This document shows, piece after piece, positions 59,382-64,000 of a stretch of 64,000 bases of DNA. Below the pieces are notes generated by a model. It ran no database searches, was not told the DNA's origin, and was given only the letters and a program-made list of their open reading frames with translations. Location: NCBI GenBank assembly GCA_035695205.1, contig DASSEP010000025.1, positions 38,062-102,061 of the forward strand, read 5' to 3'. The DNA is from Jatrophihabitans sp. (lineage in GTDB: Bacteria > Actinomycetota > Actinomycetes > Mycobacteriales > Jatrophihabitantaceae). The position numbers were made by a program, and so were the translations under genes. How positions within the stretch are numbered: the first letter of the stretch is position 1; every line of letters starts with the position of its first letter.

Positions 59382-60587
59382 TCACGGTAGCTGCACGTAG
59401 CCGTGCCGTGCCTTCCACAGGAAGTACTTCTCGAAGGCGAGCTTCATGGCGTGGGCCTGCGGCCCGGGGATGAGCAGCCCGTGCTTCCGCGGCGGCAGCA
59501 TCTTGTCGGCCAGGATGACCACGCCGTTGCGCCCGGCGTCCATCACGCAGATCGCGGGGATGTCGCCGAACGACTTCTCCGCTTCGGGCCGCTCGCCGCG
59601 GATCTGGGCGGCGATGTTGCGGGCCGCCGTGTGCGCCTGCACCTCGGTCGGGTAGCCGGTCTTGGGGACGCCGACCGGCACCGGCGTCTGCCACGGCACG
59701 GACACCGCGGCCGCGACGCCCACGGCATAGACGTCGTCGTACTTCTCGCTCTGGTACGTCGGGCGGACCGGCAGGAAGCCGTTCGCGTCCGGCGACAGGG
59801 CATGCGCCGCGCGGGCCACGTCCTGGCCGAGGAACGGCGGGATCACCATCGTGTACGACGACGGGATCGTCGTGCCGTCGGCCAGCACCGCCGCACCGGC
59901 GTCGACGTGCTCGAGCGCCACGCCGACCCGCGTGTCGATCCCCTCCCTCTTGCAGAACATGCCGAGCAGGGTCTCGCCGTGCGGAAGCCCGCCGATGCCG
60001 AAGTGACCGAGGAACGGCTCGGCGCTGACGTAGGTCAGCGTGACCTGCCGCTTGAGGCCGGTTTTGCGCAGTCGGTGGGCGACGTTGAACAGGAACTCGT
60101 AGGCGGCGCCGAAGCAGCCCGCGCGGGGCGCCGCCGCGACGACGATATCGCCGGGCTCGGCGAGGAAGCGCCGCCAGCGCACACCTGCGGTCACCGCGTC
60201 GTCCAACGTCGTGATCGTCACCCCGTGCTCGGCCAGCCCCGGCACCGCGTCGATGTCGTTGCGGTAGCCGGTGGCCACGACGAGGTAGTCGTAGTCGTGC
60301 CAGCTGCCGTCGTCGATCTGCACCCGGCGCGCATCCGGATCGATAGCGGTCGCCGCGGCCTGTACGTAGTCGATGCCGTGCTCGTCGAAGGTGGGCACGA
60401 GCGGGAACGTGATGTCCCTCGGCGCGCGGTTGCCGAACGGCAGCCAGATGAGGCTGGGGTTGAAGACGAAGCGGTCCGCCGGCGACATCACGGTGACGTC
60501 GACGTCACCGCCGAGCTCCTGCTTCACCGCCAGGGCGGCGGTCAGCCCGCCGAAGTTCGAACCGAGAACCAGAACCTTCGTGCGCAT
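59382..60587 (-). CDS. sqr: Sulfide:quinone oxidoreductase-like flavoprotein
   Basis: VLGSNFGG FAD motif, catalytic-type Cys in GCFGAAYE and AICVMDAG, PKTG, KLAFEKYFLWK. Confidence 0.8.
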   Translation of the reverse strand: MRTKVLVLGSNFGGLTAALAVKQELGGDVDVTVMSPADRFVFNPSLIWLPFGNRAPRDITFPLVPTFDEHGIDYVQAAATAIDPDARRVQIDDGSWHDYDYLVVATGYRNDIDAVPGLAEHGVTITTLDDAVTAGVRWRRFLAEPGDIVVAAAPRAGCFGAAYEFLFNVAHRLRKTGLKRQVTLTYVSAEPFLGHFGIGGLPHGETLLGMFCKREGIDTRVGVALEHVDAGAAVLADGTTIPSSYTMVIPPFLGQDVARAAHALSPDANGFLPVRPTYQSEKYDDVYAVGVAAAVSVPWQTPVPVGVPKTGYPTEVQAHTAARNIAAQIRGERPEAEKSFGDIPAICVMDAGRNGVVILADKMLPPRKHGLLIPGPQAHAMKLAFEKYFLWKARHGYVQLP

Positions 60588-60687
60588 GCCCGCCGCCTTC
60601 TCCGCCGCTCGTTGGCGACGTTAGGAACCGGCGTCGGGCCGCGACACGGCCCAACGCCCCGGGCCTTCAGGCCGATTGCCTCCGTTA

Positions 60688-60704
60688 TTGCCAACTTCTT
60701 GCAA
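60688..60704. promoter_or_regulatory. Nur/Fur-family operator candidate upstream of the Ni/Co transporter
   Basis: TTGCCA-ACTTC-TTGCAA, within TTATTG-N11-CAACAA. Confidence 0.6.
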
Positions 60705-60735
60705 CAAGCCTCTGGCGGCGGCTAGCGTCGAGACC

Positions 60736-61902
60736 GTGACCACGACGATCTCGCAGACCGCGTCCCGCTCGCGGTGGGCGCGGTTCCGTGACGGTCTCAC
60801 CCGCGCGGACCGCCGGTCGTTGGTCTCGATGGCCGGGTTCATCGTGCTGTTGCACGTCATCGGCTTCGGGCTGCTGTTCGCCGTGATCGTGCCCCAGCAC
60901 TACCGGCTCGGCGGCGAGCACCCGTTCTTCAACGTCGGAGTCGGCCTGCTGGCCTACACCTTCGGCATGCGGCACGCGTTCGATGCCGACCACATCGCCG
61001 CCGTCGACAACACCACCCGCAAGCTGATCGCCGACAACGCGGGCCGAGCCGATGCGCGCAAGCCCCTCTCGGTGGGCTTCTGGTTCTCCCTCGGCCACTC
61101 GTCGATCGTCTTCGGGCTGGCGTTCCTTCTCTCGGTCGGCGTCAAGGCGCTGGTCGGCGAGGTGAAGAACGGAAACTCGGCGCTGCACTCGGCGACCGGG
61201 ATCATCGGTTCCTCGGTGTCGGGCGTGTTCCTGTGGATCCTCGGGGTGCTGAACCTGGTGGTGCTCCTCGGCATCGTCAAGGTGTTCCGCCGGATGCGCA
61301 CCGGCGACTACGACGAACAGGAGCTGGAAGACCAGCTGAACAAGCGGGGCTTCATGAACCGGCTGCTGGGCGGGCTGACGAAGTCGGTGCGCAAGCCCTG
61401 GCACATCTACCCGGTCGGCGTCCTGTTCGGGCTCGGTTTCGACACGGCGACCGAAGTCGGCTTGTTGGTGATCGCCGGCGGAGCAGCCGCGCTGGCGCTG
61501 CCCTTCTACGTCATCCTCGTGCTCCCGGTGCTGTTCGCGGCCGGCATGTGCCTACTCGACACGATCGACGGCGTGTTCATGAACGCCGCCTACGGGTGGG
61601 CGTTCATGAAGCCGGTCCGCAAGGTCTTCTACAACCTGACGATCACTGCCGTCTCCGTCGTCGTCGCCCTGGTCATCGGCACGATCGAGCTGGTCAGTGT
61701 GATCGCCGACCAGGCCGGCATCACCTCAGGACCGATCGCCGCGGTGGCCGGCATCCCGCTCGACTACGCCGGGTACGGCATCGTCGCCCTGTTCGTGGTG
61801 GCCTGGGCGGTGGCCCTCGCTGTCTGGCGCTACGGACGCATCGAGGAACGCTGGTCGGCCGATCTTGCGCCAGCGCCCCGGGAGCTGCTCGAGGTCGAAT
61901 GA
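60736..61902 (+). CDS. HoxN/HupN/NixA (NiCoT) nickel/cobalt transporter
   Basis: Signatures RHAFDADHIAAVDN, FSLGHSS, GLGFDTATE. Confidence 0.95.
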   Translation: MTTTISQTASRSRWARFRDGLTRADRRSLVSMAGFIVLLHVIGFGLLFAVIVPQHYRLGGEHPFFNVGVGLLAYTFGMRHAFDADHIAAVDNTTRKLIADNAGRADARKPLSVGFWFSLGHSSIVFGLAFLLSVGVKALVGEVKNGNSALHSATGIIGSSVSGVFLWILGVLNLVVLLGIVKVFRRMRTGDYDEQELEDQLNKRGFMNRLLGGLTKSVRKPWHIYPVGVLFGLGFDTATEVGLLVIAGGAAALALPFYVILVLPVLFAAGMCLLDTIDGVFMNAAYGWAFMKPVRKVFYNLTITAVSVVVALVIGTIELVSVIADQAGITSGPIAAVAGIPLDYAGYGIVALFVVAWAVALAVWRYGRIEERWSADLAPAPRELLEVE

Positions 61903-62015
61903 CCCGGGCGCGGATCGAATCCGTCCGAACCCCTTCCGTACACGCGTCTGCGGACTAGGCTCGTCTGTCTCTTCACCGAGCGGAATCGTCCAGGCCGCGC
62001 CGAACGGAGTTGCCG

Positions 62016-62864
62016 ATGAGCGTCGTCCGAGCCGCCGTCACGCAGGTCGCGTGGACCGGCGACAAGCAGTCGATGATCGAGCGCCACGAACAGCTGGCCC
62101 GCCGGGCCGCCGCCGAGGGCGTACAGATCATCGGCTTCCAGGAGCTGTTCTACGGCCCCTACTTCGGGGCAATCCAGGACCAGAAGTACTACGCGTACGT
62201 CGAGCCGATCCCTGGGCCTACCGTCGAGCGGTTCGCCGAGCTCGCGGCGGAACTACGCATGGTGATCGTGCTGCCGATCTACGAGGTGGCGAACGAGGGC
62301 GAGTACTACAACACCGCGGCGGTCATCGACGCCGACGGCTCCCTGCTCGGCACCTACCGCAAGCACCACATCCCGAACCTGCCCCAGTTCTGGGAGAAGT
62401 TCTACTTCCGGCCGGGCAACTCGGGGTACCCGGTGTTTTCCACCGCCGTCGGCCGGGTCGGCGTGTACATCTGCTACGACCGGCACTTCCCGGAAGGCTG
62501 GCGCGAGCTCGGGCTCAACAACGCGCAGATCGTGTTCAACCCCTCGGCCACGAAACCTGGGCTGTCCAACCGGCTCTGGGAGATCGAGCAGCCCGCGGCA
62601 GCGGCGGCGAACCAGTACTTCATCGCGGCGAACAACCGCATCGGTCAGGAGACTGCGGAGTTCGGCGACGACGCGCCGCACTTCTACGGCTCCAGCTATT
62701 TCGTCGATCCCCGCGGCAACTTCGTCGGCGACATTGCCTCGCCGGACGAGGAAGAGATCGTCATCCGCGACCTCGACCTCGACGAGATCACCCGCGCGCG
62801 CAACGACTGGCAGTTCTACCGGGATCGGCGGCCGGAGTCCTACGCGAAGACGACGGCGCCGTAA
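62016..62864 (+). CDS. Nitrilase-family carbon-nitrogen hydrolase (beta-ureidopropionase-like)
   Basis: Catalytic triad in FQELF, YRKHHIP, ICYDRHFPE; adjacent to dihydropyrimidinase. Confidence 0.88.
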   Translation: MSVVRAAVTQVAWTGDKQSMIERHEQLARRAAAEGVQIIGFQELFYGPYFGAIQDQKYYAYVEPIPGPTVERFAELAAELRMVIVLPIYEVANEGEYYNTAAVIDADGSLLGTYRKHHIPNLPQFWEKFYFRPGNSGYPVFSTAVGRVGVYICYDRHFPEGWRELGLNNAQIVFNPSATKPGLSNRLWEIEQPAAAAANQYFIAANNRIGQETAEFGDDAPHFYGSSYFVDPRGNFVGDIASPDEEEIVIRDLDLDEITRARNDWQFYRDRRPESYAKTTAP

Positions 62865-62877
62865 GGAGAGCAGCGAC

Positions 62878-64000
62878 ATGCCCAGGACGCTCATCCGCAA
62901 CGGCACCGTCGTCAGCTCCACCGGCTCGTCGCGCCAGGACGTGCTGATCGACGGCGAGACGGTCGCCGCCCTGCTCGCGCCGGGCGCCGACCTCGGCGGT
63001 GTCGACCTGGCCGAGCGCGTCGACTCGGTCCTGGACGCGACCGGCAAGTACGTGATCCCGGGCGGCATCGACGCGCACACCCATATGGAGATGCCCTTCG
63101 GCGGCACCTTCGCCTCGGACACGTTCGAGACCGGCACGCGTGCGGCGGCGTGGGGAGGCACCACGACCATCGTCGACTTCGTCGTGCAGGCGCACGGCCA
63201 GCGGGTGCAGGATCAGGTCGCGCTCTGGCACGAGAAGGCGGCCGGCAACTGCGCCGTCGACTACGGCTTCCACCAGATCATCGGCGACGTGAACGACGAG
63301 TCGTTGAAGGCGATGGACGAGATGGTGGGGGAGGGCATCACCAGCTTCAAGCTGTTCATGGCCTACCCGGGTGTCTTCCTGTCCAGCGACGGGCAGATCG
63401 TGCGGGCGATGCAGACGGCAGCCGGCAACGGCGCCCTGATCATGATGCATGCCGAGAACGGCTCGGCCATCGACGTGCTCGTGCAGCAGGCGCTGGAGCG
63501 GGGCGAGACGACGCCCTACTACCACGGCGTGACCCGGCCCTGGCAGACCGAACAGGAGGCCACGCACCGGGCGATCATGCTCGCCGACCTCACCGGGGCG
63601 CCGCTGTACGTGGTGCACGTGTCGGCCAAGCAGGCGCTCGCCCGCATCGCCGAGGCGCGCAACGCCGGGCAGAACGTCTTCGGCGAGACCTGCCCGCAGT
63701 ACCTGTATCTCTCGCTCGAGGAGAACCTCGGCGCGCAGGGCGCGCAGTGGGGCAGCTTCGAAGGCGCGAAGTGGGTCTGCTCGACGCCGCTGCGCGCCCG
63801 CGCCGAAGGGCACCAGGACGAGCTGTGGACCTACCTCCGCACCGGCGACGTCACCACAGTGGCGACCGATCACTGCCCCTTCTGCATGAAGGATCAGAAG
63901 GAGATGGGTGTCGGCAACTTCGCCAAGATCCCGAACGGGATCGGTTCGGTGGAGCACCGGATGGATCTGATGTTCCAGGGGGTGCAGGACGGCCGGATCA
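62878..64000 (+). CDS. hydA: Dihydropyrimidinase; 3' end runs off the window
   Basis: AAGGAG SD; MPRTLIRNGTVV, PGGIDAHTH, SFKLFMAY, MHAENG, ETCPQYL, TDHCPF. Confidence 0.92.
   Translation, partial: MPRTLIRNGTVVSSTGSSRQDVLIDGETVAALLAPGADLGGVDLAERVDSVLDATGKYVIPGGIDAHTHMEMPFGGTFASDTFETGTRAAAWGGTTTIVDFVVQAHGQRVQDQVALWHEKAAGNCAVDYGFHQIIGDVNDESLKAMDEMVGEGITSFKLFMAYPGVFLSSDGQIVRAMQTAAGNGALIMMHAENGSAIDVLVQQALERGETTPYYHGVTRPWQTEQEATHRAIMLADLTGAPLYVVHVSAKQALARIAEARNAGQNVFGETCPQYLYLSLEENLGAQGAQWGSFEGAKWVCSTPLRARAEGHQDELWTYLRTGDVTTVATDHCPFCMKDQKEMGVGNFAKIPNGIGSVEHRMDLMFQGVQDGRI

Noticed and set aside
60588-60735. Cobalamin or NiCo riboswitch upstream of the NiCoT gene
   Set aside because: No B12-box or NiCo consensus seen, and the gene appears leaderless.
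61903-62015. tRNA-like GGATCGAATCC
   Set aside because: No cloverleaf, acceptor stem or proper T-loop.

Overview
High-GC actinobacterial chromosomal segment. The gene order matches the conserved greA-mca ... yyaL-hlyIII-uppS ... phoH2 ... fumC-glpX-xseB/xseA-ispH-ychF backbone (Rv1080c-Rv1112 region in M. tuberculosis); this comparison is from memory, not from a search. About 63 CDS are supported. I saw no rRNA, tRNA, CRISPR array, integrase or transposase. Extra blocks sit inside the backbone: (i) about 24 kb of accessory genes between the mca operon and yyaL, including an HTH_42 glycosylase-like gene, arfB, pepP, an SNF2-like helicase, a stand-alone LigD-type polymerase, a DksA-like protein, a TetR/polyamine-type ABC/class III aminotransferase module, a PP2C phosphatase and an MMPL transporter; (ii) a complete bioA-F-D-B-bsaP operon; (iii) a DUF1206+MFS cassette that splits xseA from xseB; (iv) right-end genes for an EAL-GAF protein, SQR, a NiCoT transporter and pyrimidine degradation. 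The best leads are regulatory: three copies of a palindrome GACTGA-N4-TCAGTC that would tie a split, convergent ABC/aminotransferase module to its TetR gene; a hypothetical protein with a ribbon-helix-helix-like C-terminus preceded by tandem 8-bp boxes; a uORF with alternative RNA stems overlapping the phoH2 start; a Nur-like box between sqr and the Ni/Co transporter; and a perfect 28-bp palindrome between rmuC and ychF. No unmistakable new multi-gene machine is visible. All product calls come from motif recognition, without database searches.
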